Source: Candidatus Gottesmanbacteria bacterium
Lineage (GTDB): Bacteria; Patescibacteriota; Microgenomatia; UBA10105; UBA927
DNA length: 64,000 nt
Assembly (NCBI GenBank): GCA_963714095.1
Contig: OY970230.1
Location: forward strand, 268,114-332,113
Reading direction: 5' to 3'
The notes beneath the pieces are model-generated. The model was not told the origin of the DNA and did not search any database. It saw only the letters and a list, made by a program, of their open reading frames with translations. Numbering within the stretch: position 1 is the stretch's first letter; each line of letters starts with the position of its first letter. Position numbers and translations under genes: made by a program. Of the stretch, positions 37,609 through 45,731 are shown piece after piece.

Positions 37609-38621
37609 GATGCCGCTCCGTATTGTTTTTTGTAGTATGACTGATATGCCCCGCTTTTAACTTCCCGCCACCATGACTCGTGCATTTTATACCATTCAAT
37701 AGTCCTTGTAATCCACGTATCAAAATCATACAAAGGCTTCCACCCTAATTCCTTCTCAATTTTTGACCAGTCAATTGCATACCGGCGGTCATGACCCGGG
37801 CGATCTTTGACAAACTCTATGAGTGATTCGTCACCACCCAACTTCTTTAAAATTATACGGACAACCTCAAGATTACTGATATCCTTCGTCAAACCACCGA
37901 CACAGTATGTTTCCCCGACTTTTCCACTAACGAGTACGGCTTCAATTGCACGACAGTGATCTTCAACATACAGCCAGTCCCGCACATTTTTGCCGTCGCC
38001 GTACACCGGAACTTTTTTCCCTTCCAGAATATTGGTAATCGCCAGCGGTATGAATTTTTCCGGGAAATGATACGGACCGAAATTGTTAGAGCAATTCGTA
38101 ATCGTAACCGGTAAACCGAATGTATGATGGTACGCACGTACCAGATGATCCGAACCGGCTTTACTTGCTGAATAAGGGCTTTTGGGGTCATACGGTGTTC
38201 GTTCACTAAATTTACCCGAATCCTTAAGTTGTAGTGACCCGAATACTTCATCTGTCGATACATGGTGAAACCGCGAGACTTTAGCATTAAGGGCTGCGTC
38301 CAACAACACCTGAGTCCCCAGGACATTCGTTTTTACAAATGGCGCCGGATCATGGATAGACCGGTCCACATGACTTTCTGCCGCAAAATGGACAACAACA
38401 TCAACACCCTCCACTACATTCCGAACGGTATCTGGATCACAAATATCCCCATGGATGAATGTGTATCGGGGATTTCTCTCGACAGACACGAGATTTTCTA
38501 AATTTCCCGCATACGTAAGTTTATCCAGATTGACGATGGAATCGTCCGGATGGTTGGCTATCCAGTAGAGAATAAAATTTGACCCGATGAATCCAGCGCC
38601 TCCTGTAACTAACAATTTCAT
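37605..38621 (-). CDS. rfbB: dTDP-glucose 4,6-dehydratase
   Basis: The ORF is trimmed to MKLLVTGGAGFIGSNF (ATG at 38621). Motifs: HFAAESHVDRS and YSASKAGSDHLVRAY. ATGA overlap with rfbD. Confidence 0.85.
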   Translation of the reverse strand: MKLLVTGGAGFIGSNFILYWIANHPDDSIVNLDKLTYAGNLENLVSVERNPRYTFIHGDICDPDTVRNVVEGVDVVVHFAAESHVDRSIHDPAPFVKTNVLGTQVLLDAALNAKVSRFHHVSTDEVFGSLQLKDSGKFSERTPYDPKSPYSASKAGSDHLVRAYHHTFGLPVTITNCSNNFGPYHFPEKFIPLAITNILEGKKVPVYGDGKNVRDWLYVEDHCRAIEAVLVSGKVGETYCVGGLTKDISNLEVVRIILKKLGGDESLIEFVKDRPGHDRRYAIDWSKIEKELGWKPLYDFDTWITRTIEWYKMHESWWREVKSGAYQSYYKKQYGAAS

Positions 38622-38641
38622 AAATATATTTTCAAATTGAT

Positions 38642-39118
38642 TTACGTAATATTTTTGTTGGTAATCGGTACTCCCTGCACCCAATCGTAACCGATTGTAG
38701 GGTCATCATAACGAATTCTGCCTTCTTCGTCTTTTGAATAGATACCGCTCGTGACGTACACAAGATCGGCCGGACCCTCGATTACTTTCAACCCATGCGC
38801 CACCCCCGGCGGAATCTTGATAATTTTGTTTTTTCCCTCGGACGAACCGATGGTAAACTCATTGAGTTCTTTATACGTCTGTGACTTCTCGCGTTTATCA
38901 AAAAGAGCCATTTTAATTGTGCCACGCACAACATACCACCAGTCCACCTGTGTTGTATGGATATGCCATGCTTTGACGACTCCAGCAAGCATAAACGAGT
39001 GTGAAACCTGTCCGAATCCTTCGGCAAAAAATGTGTCGGTCACCCGTATCATTTCCTCAAAAAATCCCCGCTCATCAGGGTGTCTGACAAGATCTTTTAC
39101 AACGACCCCGTCAATCAT
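38642..39118 (-). CDS. rfbC: dTDP-4-dehydrorhamnose 3,5-epimerase (cupin)
   Basis: 158 aa. Motifs: HPDERGFFEEM and AWHIHTTQVDWWYVVRG. It is a short form. Confidence 0.8.
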   Translation of the reverse strand: MIDGVVVKDLVRHPDERGFFEEMIRVTDTFFAEGFGQVSHSFMLAGVVKAWHIHTTQVDWWYVVRGTIKMALFDKREKSQTYKELNEFTIGSSEGKNKIIKIPPGVAHGLKVIEGPADLVYVTSGIYSKDEEGRIRYDDPTIGYDWVQGVPITNKNIT

Positions 39119-39855
39119 AAACGCCCCTCTTTCACACGCCGCTCGACTTCTATGTTGGCGCGAAGAAGTTCATCAAATGACGTCCCTGCGTCGATCCACC
39201 AATCGATGATATCGCACATAAGTTTACCCTCTTTAAGATAGACATTGTTCAAATCCGTCACTTCCAATTCCCCCCTTGCAGACGGCTTTAATTTCCGTAT
39301 ATGCTCAAATACTTTACCGTCATAGATATATACTCCGATCTGTGCAATATCGGACTTTGGATGTAAAGGCTTCTCTTCTATTGAAAGCACGGTTCCTTTC
39401 TTATCTATCTCTATAACACCGTACTGTCTGGATTTGGTATCCAGATGGACTCCGAACACCATTGCCCCTTTACCGGAGGTTTCAAAGCGCTTAATTGAAG
39501 ACTTCAGATCAAAATTAAAAATATTATCACCCAACATAACAAGAACCGGTTCATTGTCGTCGGCGAATTTTTCTGCCAATGCTATTGCCTGGGCTATACC
39601 GCCTTTTGAATCTTTCTGTACGGCATAATATAAATGAAGCCCGAATTCCTCGCCGGCATTCAATAAACTGGCAAAATGACCGGCGTGATCCGGAGACGAA
39701 GTGACAAGCACCTCCGTGACTCCCGCCTTTGCCATAGCCGCCAGGGGATAATAGACCATCGGTTTGTTATAAATAGGCAATAAATGTTTATTGGTAACTA
39801 AGGTCAACGGACGTAAACGGGTCGCCATACCTCCAGCCAAAATGACACCTTTCAT
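39115..39855 (-). CDS. rfbA: glucose-1-phosphate thymidylyltransferase-like sugar nucleotidyltransferase (short form)
   Basis: 246 aa. MKGVILAGGMATRLRPLTLVTNKHLLPIYNKPMVYYPL is a strong RmlA-type N-terminus. The protein is shorter than the canonical ~290 aa. Confidence 0.65.
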   Translation of the reverse strand: MKGVILAGGMATRLRPLTLVTNKHLLPIYNKPMVYYPLAAMAKAGVTEVLVTSSPDHAGHFASLLNAGEEFGLHLYYAVQKDSKGGIAQAIALAEKFADDNEPVLVMLGDNIFNFDLKSSIKRFETSGKGAMVFGVHLDTKSRQYGVIEIDKKGTVLSIEEKPLHPKSDIAQIGVYIYDGKVFEHIRKLKPSARGELEVTDLNNVYLKEGKLMCDIIDWWIDAGTSFDELLRANIEVERRVKEGRL

Positions 39856-39870
39856 AAAAAACTCCTTTTC

Positions 39871-40119
39871 TTAAAAACCTAACATTGTTACTAAAAGAAC
39901 GATGGCTATCGCACCTATAAGGAGATATTCTACCACAATCTTCTGATGCAGATCTTTTTGAATAGCGTGATGGATAATACCCCAAAGTGTATACGCCGAG
40001 GCCGTGATAATCCCGACAAGTAATTGGAGCGTCGTGTTCGGACTGACAACAATAAAAGTAAGGACACCTGCGGCCAAGATGGCAATAAGGACAAGAAAAT
40101 GAATAATTGTTTGCTTCAT
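39871..40119 (-). CDS. small 3-TM membrane protein of unknown function
   Basis: 82 aa and entirely hydrophobic. ATGA overlap with the downstream CAP-domain gene suggests it is co-translated. Confidence 0.4.
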   Translation of the reverse strand: MKQTIIHFLVLIAILAAGVLTFIVVSPNTTLQLLVGIITASAYTLWGIIHHAIQKDLHQKIVVEYLLIGAIAIVLLVTMLGF

Positions 40120-41030
40120 AATAGTCTCCCCCGCGATACGCCGGATATAAGAATAAACAGCGCACTCAAAAACAGCATGTGGGCAATATTATGTCCGGCA
40201 ATCCGCACGACTCGCCGGCGGCTGGCAATCCAGGCATCGACAAGAAGAATTCCCATAAGAATTCCTACAAATGCAAACACTAAATCGTGCGAAACGGTCG
40301 GGATATTAAAGAGCGGCTGCGTATTGACGCTCTCAAATCCGCTGACTGCCGGCGCAGATACGGGTTGGGCGGGTTGGACAGCAGGCACCTTAGATGTAGC
40401 CGCTTCCGCCGGTATCACGACCGGTTGAGGGGGCGGGGTGGGCGCAGCCGCTGCCAGTTCCGCGGAGGTCGCGCCGAACATCTGCACAACCAATGTGGTT
40501 TCTTCTCCGTTAAGCGTTCCGTTAACGACAGCAAATCCTACATCCCGATAATTAGATTTCAGTAAATTCTCCCGGTGGGAAGGTGAGGCCATCCACGCAT
40601 CAACCACGCCCTGACTGTCGGAAAAATTTTTCGCCAGGTTTTCTCCTGCCACCGAATACTGATATCCAGCACCGGTAATAAAATCCCACGGGGTCGCGCC
40701 AGCGGGACTGTTATGCGCCCAATAATCTTTGGCAAACATATCGGCTGCTTTATTGGCTGCAGCAACCGATAGGGTGCTGTTCAGCGTAAGCGGCGGAAGT
40801 CCTGCTTGCTGTCTCTGGGCATTGGTGTCGGCTAAAAGCTGCTGCACGTTGATGTCCGTTGCATACCCAAGGACACTAGGCGCAGCCTGATGCGCTGCTT
40901 TAATTCCCAAATTAAAAAGCGCAAACACAAGGACATACGCAAGAAGCATGTCCACATGCAGAGCTTTGGCTCTGTGATTATTGGTTTGATGGGGAATAAA
41001 AAAGTGTCTCAGGCTTGTAACAAGACTCAT
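40116..41030 (-). CDS. CAP (SCP/PR-1/YkwD-like) domain membrane protein
   Basis: 304 aa with an N-terminal TM helix. CAP signature: YWAHNSPAGATPWDFI...GENLAKNF...VVDAWMASPSHRENLL...YRDVGFAVVNG. A Pro/Ala-rich linker is followed by a C-terminal TM helix. Confidence 0.7.
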   Translation of the reverse strand: MSLVTSLRHFFIPHQTNNHRAKALHVDMLLAYVLVFALFNLGIKAAHQAAPSVLGYATDINVQQLLADTNAQRQQAGLPPLTLNSTLSVAAANKAADMFAKDYWAHNSPAGATPWDFITGAGYQYSVAGENLAKNFSDSQGVVDAWMASPSHRENLLKSNYRDVGFAVVNGTLNGEETTLVVQMFGATSAELAAAAPTPPPQPVVIPAEAATSKVPAVQPAQPVSAPAVSGFESVNTQPLFNIPTVSHDLVFAFVGILMGILLVDAWIASRRRVVRIAGHNIAHMLFLSALFILISGVSRGRLL

Positions 41031-41045
41031 GTATCTATCATAGAA

Positions 41046-41354
41046 TCAGTATGTTGGGATGGCAAGCGTTTTTTTCCCGTTCACCGGAATATCCAGAAGA
41101 TATCCAAGGGCGTTGGCCACTGTGGCGCCTACACGAAGCCCGGTAAACGATCCCGGCCCGGTCGTAACAGTAATTGCCGTGATATCCGTAAGCTTTCGTT
41201 TATGCTGGACAAGCAGTTCCTCAATCATCGGCAGCACCATCTGCGATTTCATGATTTTTGACTTGGATGTTTTCTCAAACCTCTTCCCGTCAATATCGAG
41301 GGATATCTTTGCCGTATTTATTGCCGATGTATCGATAAAAAGGGTTACAGGCAT
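41046..41354 (-). CDS. tsaB: tRNA t6A biosynthesis protein TsaB (minimal, N-terminal domain only)
   Basis: 102 aa: MPVTLFIDTSAINTAKISL...VTTGPGSFTGLRVGATVANALGYLLDIPV. This is the YeaZ/TsaB N-terminal signature. It lies next to tsaC and tsaE. Confidence 0.65.
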   Translation of the reverse strand: MPVTLFIDTSAINTAKISLDIDGKRFEKTSKSKIMKSQMVLPMIEELLVQHKRKLTDITAITVTTGPGSFTGLRVGATVANALGYLLDIPVNGKKTLAIPTY

Positions 41355-41355
41355 A

Positions 41356-41919
41356 TTACTGTAATTTTACACCGCCTTGGCGCAGAATTTTATAGGGACT
41401 TACGGAACAGTCTATCACGGTTGATGCCTGTTTGACGGTACACTCGCCGGGCACGACGTAATCGACGAGTTTGACTAGTTCGGGGTTAAGGTCTGAGAGC
41501 GAGTAGGGCGTCGGGTCGCCGTGAAAATTGGCTGACGGGCCTAAAACCGGTACACCCACTTCCTCAATGATTTTTAAAATAGCCGGATGGTTTGGAATAC
41601 GAAGACCAATTGTTTCTCCGCCCCCACGGATAGGGGAGTCAATGGCATTCTTATTACATTGGGAAACAATCGTCAACGCTCCAGGCCAATGCTCCTTCAT
41701 TAGACGTCGCACAACATCTGACGGATCAAGATAGTAGGTGAGAGCCATTTTTATACAACTCACCAGTACAGGCATCGCTTGACCAGCCGGCCGCCTCCGG
41801 ATTTTAAATAAACGGTCAACGGCTGCGGTGTTATCGATCCTGCACCCTATACCAAACGCCGTATCTGTCGGAAATATGATAATACCCCCATTTTTTACAA
41901 TTTCCTCTGCGTCTTTCAT
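41356..41919 (-). CDS. tsaC: L-threonylcarbamoyladenylate synthase (YrdC/Sua5-like)
   Basis: 187 aa. Motifs: IIFPTDTAFGIGC and KIRRRPAGQAMPVLVS. Confidence 0.8.
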   Translation of the reverse strand: MKDAEEIVKNGGIIIFPTDTAFGIGCRIDNTAAVDRLFKIRRRPAGQAMPVLVSCIKMALTYYLDPSDVVRRLMKEHWPGALTIVSQCNKNAIDSPIRGGGETIGLRIPNHPAILKIIEEVGVPVLGPSANFHGDPTPYSLSDLNPELVKLVDYVVPGECTVKQASTVIDCSVSPYKILRQGGVKLQ

Positions 41920-42365
41920 GCCAACCCCTCTATTATAATTGCGTGTGTGTCATCCTGCGCGGTCGTAAAATGAATATCTATTCTCTTTGACGGCATAAGC
42001 CCATCCAGGCGTTCGGCCCACTCAATAACCGTGTATGAGGCTAAATCCGCAAAAATCTCTGGAAGCCCGATTCCTTCCATTTCCGAGACTTTATTCAGTC
42101 GATATAAGTCAACGTGATACAGATAATTTTCATACTTGGGTGTCTGATAACGTCGCACAATAATAAATGTGGGGGAAAGCAGGCGAGTGGTAATCCCTAA
42201 ACCCCTGGCAAACCCCTGCGTGAATGTGGTCTTGCCACTGCCTAACTGCCCGTAGAGGCAGAGAATATGAGGTACCTCTCTCCTCTCTAGATACTGAGCC
42301 AGTGATGCACCCACTTTTGCAGTCTCTTGGGCGCTTTTGGTAATAATTTTGTTATTGAAATCCAT
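41916..42365 (-). CDS. tsaE: tRNA t6A biosynthesis ATPase TsaE (YjeE)
   Basis: P-loop LCLYGQLGSGKTTFTQGFARGLGI. The start is chosen as MDFNNKI (ATG at 42365). The exact start is uncertain because this start overlaps the VanZ-like gene's 3' end by 79 nt. Confidence 0.7.
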   Translation of the reverse strand: MDFNNKIITKSAQETAKVGASLAQYLERREVPHILCLYGQLGSGKTTFTQGFARGLGITTRLLSPTFIIVRRYQTPKYENYLYHVDLYRLNKVSEMEGIGLPEIFADLASYTVIEWAERLDGLMPSKRIDIHFTTAQDDTHAIIIEGLA

Positions 42366-42670
42366 GCAAGTGTCGCTCCCGCGCAATCAATTATAACATC
42401 CCGCACAGCACCCTCCCTCGTGGGAACGAATAATTGATGGATTTCATCAGAACTGGCGTATAATATAACGATAATAAATGCGGTAACCGGATTCTTCGTT
42501 GCGCGGAATGTTAAAAAATATAATATGGCATATTCACAAACATGAATGAACTTAAAGAAGAGAAAATTTAGCCAATAATCCGGAGATACAGATACACTGT
42601 GTCTACTGGAAAAAACAAAAATAATCCCCATCCAGAGAATAACCGGCCCCCACGATTTTATGAACTTCAT
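42287..42670 (-). CDS. VanZ-like family membrane protein
   Basis: The ORF is trimmed to MKFIKSWGPVILWMGIIFVFSSRHS (ATG at 42670). It has 4 TM helices, and a VanZ-like pattern including YASSDEIHQLFVPTR. Confidence 0.55.
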   Translation of the reverse strand: MKFIKSWGPVILWMGIIFVFSSRHSVSVSPDYWLNFLFFKFIHVCEYAILYFLTFRATKNPVTAFIIVILYASSDEIHQLFVPTREGAVRDVIIDCAGATLAWISITKLLPKAPKRLQKWVHHWLSI

Positions 42671-42684
42671 TCTTCCAGTATACA

Positions 42685-43545
42685 CTACGTTTTGCCGGAC
42701 TGAAGCGCGTCCCGTTTTTTTATGGTAAAGGCGATCGATAGCATCGCACACCCTACGCCGATACATAACAGTGAAAGAATAATCGGTTTGACAGAAGATT
42801 TCATATCCGTTTCAGCCCCAACGCTCGCAGTCTCAGTAGAGCTATCTGAAACACCAAGGATGTCGGAAACGGTTGCACTAACAGCGAACGTAGACTTAGT
42901 CATCGGTGTAGGAGTCGCTCTTGCGGTTGGCGTCACTCCGGTGGTTGGCGGCCGGGTGGGAGTCGCGGTCGCGGTTGGCGTCGGTGTCGCGGTAGCGGTC
43001 GGAGTACTGGTGGGAACTGCTGTCGGTGTCGGGGCGGGAGTCGCGGTCGCCATAGGCGTAGGCGTGGGAACAGGATCTGCATTCCTGTCGCCTTGTGTTG
43101 AACTGGATAACAGCGTGAAACTTCCCGTCTGATCCGGATACCGGCCGATTGAAATATCACTGCCCGGATTATCGTAATAGGTAAATTGATCAACGATAGC
43201 GCCGGATGGATTAAAGAGGACAACAGAATCCCCGTCGTTATTTAACATCGCAGAAGTAAATACTAAAAACGGATAATGAGGATTGGAAATATTTAAATTT
43301 GTTAATATTTTTTTCGCGCTAGTACCCGCGTCGCTGTCAAACAACGTATCATCATCCAAATAATAGGATTTTAGATATTCCGCGCTATCGCTTGCGTTAT
43401 ACAACTCCACCCATTCCGGATTCCCAGTATTGGATACCGCAACAAATTCATTAATAACGAGATCCGAGGCAACTATTTTTTGAACGAAACACCCTATCCC
43501 GATGAAAAGGATCATGTAGCCGCATATGCGGTGCAAGCGAACCAT
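42685..43545 (-). CDS. lamin-tail-domain (LTD) cell-surface protein with Pro/Thr-rich linker and C-terminal TM anchor
   Basis: 286 aa with an N-terminal signal/TM. The LTD signature VINEFVAVSNTGNPEWVELYN is followed by a beta-rich domain. Residues 157-214 are nearly pure (P/T/A) repeats. A C-terminal hydrophobic helix is followed by KKRD. Confidence 0.6.
   Translation of the reverse strand: MVRLHRICGYMILFIGIGCFVQKIVASDLVINEFVAVSNTGNPEWVELYNASDSAEYLKSYYLDDDTLFDSDAGTSAKKILTNLNISNPHYPFLVFTSAMLNNDGDSVVLFNPSGAIVDQFTYYDNPGSDISIGRYPDQTGSFTLLSSSTQGDRNADPVPTPTPMATATPAPTPTAVPTSTPTATATPTPTATATPTRPPTTGVTPTARATPTPMTKSTFAVSATVSDILGVSDSSTETASVGAETDMKSSVKPIILSLLCIGVGCAMLSIAFTIKKRDALQSGKT
42904..43077. repeat. 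imperfect tandem repeats encoding a (T-P-T-A)n low-complexity linker
   Basis: The GC-rich periodic sequence ggagtcgcggtcgcggttggcgtc... lies within the LTD gene. The opposite-strand ORF 42722..43132 (VGVAVAVG...) is its mirror image. Confidence 0.8.
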
Positions 43546-43609
43546 TTAACCGGTGAGTATACTAAATTTATGAAGAAAAATATGTACGGTATATTACAAA
43601 TTGACGAAG

Positions 43610-44827
43610 TTACATGGAGATACGATCTATCTCATAGACACTGCTTAATGGATAATGATCGGAAAAAGAAATTTTGTGACCGTTGGGAACAAAGGGGTCA
43701 TTCATCGTATAGTTCCCGTTTGAACCGCTTATAAGCACCACAAAATGCGTATCTCCGTTTGAATACCGTATTCCGACAACAACGGGCCGATTTGCGTTTA
43801 GTTCACTATCAATATCTGAGGAAATCCTGGTCGTGGTTGTACCATCGGCGACTATAGTTCTGTTTAAAAATGCCGGATAGTAGGGTGCAAAATTTGAAGA
43901 ATTCGCGTTAATGGTAAGCGGAGTTACACTCCTGTGCCCTAAATGTGTATAAATCATCGCCATAGATGTAACGAGGCAACCGTCAGAGGAAATAGTATAT
44001 GGTGTATTGTTTAGAGAGACGTTCCCCCACTGGCTGTCCCGCTGATTATAATAACAACCCCAATCATCACAAACGGTTTGATTGGTGAGAATCGTTGCTC
44101 CGCCCTGATTCGAAGCAAAGCTCGAAAAGCCGGCCAGTTGGGCTTTAGCAGCCGCAAGAAGCTGCTGATAGATCGCTTCCTGACCTTGGGTTTCTGAAAG
44201 CAGTGTGTTCTTTGCCTCTTTTTGTTGTGCAAGTTGTTGATTTTGAACTTCCAATTGAGCCTGCACCTGTTCCAATTGCTTCTTTTTGTCTTCCCGCACC
44301 TGTTTACTTTCGTTGTAACTATTCTGGGTTGCCTTCACTTGAAATACGAGCGCCGCATCTTCCTTTTGCACCGCCTGAAGGTATTGTACCCGTTCGATAA
44401 AATCCGATAAATTACTACTGAAAAGGAGTATGCCGAATTGCGGCGCAACCGCACGCTTATATGCTTCCGGTATTCTATGTAAAAGAAGCGTCAACCGTGT
44501 ATCTAATATACCCTCGAGTCGCTGTACTTCGGTTTCAAGCTGATTTATCTCGGTGAGAAGTGTATTAATTTTATCCTGTGTCGCTTGGATCTGGATCGTC
44601 ATCAGTTGAATCTGACTATTCATGTAGTTAATCTGTGACGTTAATGTACTACTCTGATTTTGACAGGCATCACTTACATTTTGGTAACACTCGGATTTTC
44701 TTGGGTCGTTATTTGCCAAATTTGCGCACGGATCCTGATCAGTACTGGGACATGATTGGGCAAAAATCCTAAGAGGTAATAGGAAGAAGAGAACGAGTGA
44801 TATACCTATCCATATTCGTTTGTTCAT
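43610..44827 (-). CDS. secreted coiled-coil protein with C-terminal C39-like (papain-fold) peptidase domain; PcsB/CwlO-like FtsEX-associated putative cell-wall hydrolase
   Basis: 405 aa with a signal peptide (MNKRIWIGISLVLFFLLPLRIFAQS) and a Cys-rich N-terminus. About 200 aa are heptad-rich coiled coil (QIQATQDKINTLLTEINQLETEVQRLEGIL...). The C-terminal domain has Gln...Cys (NQRDSQWGN...GCLVTSMAMIYTHLG) and a downstream His (GDTHFVVLISGSNGNYTMNDP), consistent with a C39/NlpC-P60-like catalytic triad. It lies immediately downstream of ftsE-ftsX. Confidence 0.6.
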   Translation of the reverse strand: MNKRIWIGISLVLFFLLPLRIFAQSCPSTDQDPCANLANNDPRKSECYQNVSDACQNQSSTLTSQINYMNSQIQLMTIQIQATQDKINTLLTEINQLETEVQRLEGILDTRLTLLLHRIPEAYKRAVAPQFGILLFSSNLSDFIERVQYLQAVQKEDAALVFQVKATQNSYNESKQVREDKKKQLEQVQAQLEVQNQQLAQQKEAKNTLLSETQGQEAIYQQLLAAAKAQLAGFSSFASNQGGATILTNQTVCDDWGCYYNQRDSQWGNVSLNNTPYTISSDGCLVTSMAMIYTHLGHRSVTPLTINANSSNFAPYYPAFLNRTIVADGTTTTRISSDIDSELNANRPVVVGIRYSNGDTHFVVLISGSNGNYTMNDPFVPNGHKISFSDHYPLSSVYEIDRISM

Positions 44828-44834
44828 GCATGTG

Positions 44835-45731
44835 TCAGAACTTTAAATAGCGTCCGAGGGCGACCAGGCTCCCGACGCTTCCCAGGAAAAAACCGACGAT
44901 AAGCATCGCCCCCATAAAGCCGGCTGCAGAAAACAAAAACGGCGCAGCGGTAAGACTCCCCAGTACGACTCCGATGGCAGGAATCATTCCTAAAAATGAC
45001 AATGCCATGGGCCGAAGCCAGATAACAAGGCCTGTGATAATCATCCAGGCCATCACGGCGCCGGTGGCTCCGTAAAATCCACCTTCCATAACAAACGGCA
45101 TGCGGATATACCAGGGGCTGGCGCCGACCAATTTAAGGATCTCTATCTCCTCTTTTTTGAGGGCTATTTTCATACTTACGACGGTCATGATGATGAGAAG
45201 CGAATCGACTGCCAAAAGAATCGCCAGCGACCCACCGACAATCCGTATGGCATTGGTCCAGGAAAGCAGGGTATCCACAACATCCTTCTGGAAGACCACC
45301 TCTTCGACTCCCTGTGCCTTCTGAATAATCGGGTCAAGTTCGCTTAAATATGCAGGGTCTTTGGCAGAAACCTCCAGTGATGCAGGCAAAATATCCGCCG
45401 TCACCATTTCCAAAAGGAGCGGATCACTTTTATTCTGTTCACGGTAAATAGCAAGCGCATCATCTTTGGAAACATATTTCATGGAGGACACTTTATCCGT
45501 TGCGTTCAGCGTATTTTCCAGAGTCTTGGCATCTTCCGCCGTTGCTTTGTCGGTAAAAAATACCGTAATCTGCGGTTTGCTTTCAAAAAACTGCAGCACA
45601 AGGATAGAGGAAACGGTCGCAAGGAAAAATACCCCTCCTAAAAGAAATGTAAGAAACATCGTGAGAATAGCCGCCATGGCCTGATACGGGCTCCGTCTCA
45701 CATGGGTCCAGGTACTAGGAATGAGTCGCAT
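44835..45731 (-). CDS. ftsX: cell-division ABC transporter permease-like protein FtsX
   Basis: The ORF is trimmed to MRLIPSTWTHVRRSPYQ (ATG at 45731, overlapping the ftsE end). It has the FtsX architecture of a TM helix, extracellular domain and 3 TM helices, and it follows ftsE. Confidence 0.75.
   Translation of the reverse strand: MRLIPSTWTHVRRSPYQAMAAILTMFLTFLLGGVFFLATVSSILVLQFFESKPQITVFFTDKATAEDAKTLENTLNATDKVSSMKYVSKDDALAIYREQNKSDPLLLEMVTADILPASLEVSAKDPAYLSELDPIIQKAQGVEEVVFQKDVVDTLLSWTNAIRIVGGSLAILLAVDSLLIIMTVVSMKIALKKEEIEILKLVGASPWYIRMPFVMEGGFYGATGAVMAWMIITGLVIWLRPMALSFLGMIPAIGVVLGSLTAAPFLFSAAGFMGAMLIVGFFLGSVGSLVALGRYLKF

Noticed and set aside
39788-40165. 125-aa Cys-rich ORF on the minus strand overlapping rfbA and the 82-aa membrane protein
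   Set aside because: It is out of frame with two better-supported genes and has no domain signature. It is most likely a spurious ORF.
42722-43132. Plus-strand 136-aa ORF encoding VGVAVAVG repeats
   Set aside because: It is the antisense mirror of the Pro/Thr/Ala repeat linker of the LTD gene. Repeat DNA commonly yields open frames on both strands.
43520-43531. Perfect 12-bp palindrome CCGCATATGCGG
   Set aside because: It lies within the N-terminal coding region of the LTD gene (codons for H-R-I-C-G-Y). No second half-site or intergenic context was seen, so it is probably coincidental.
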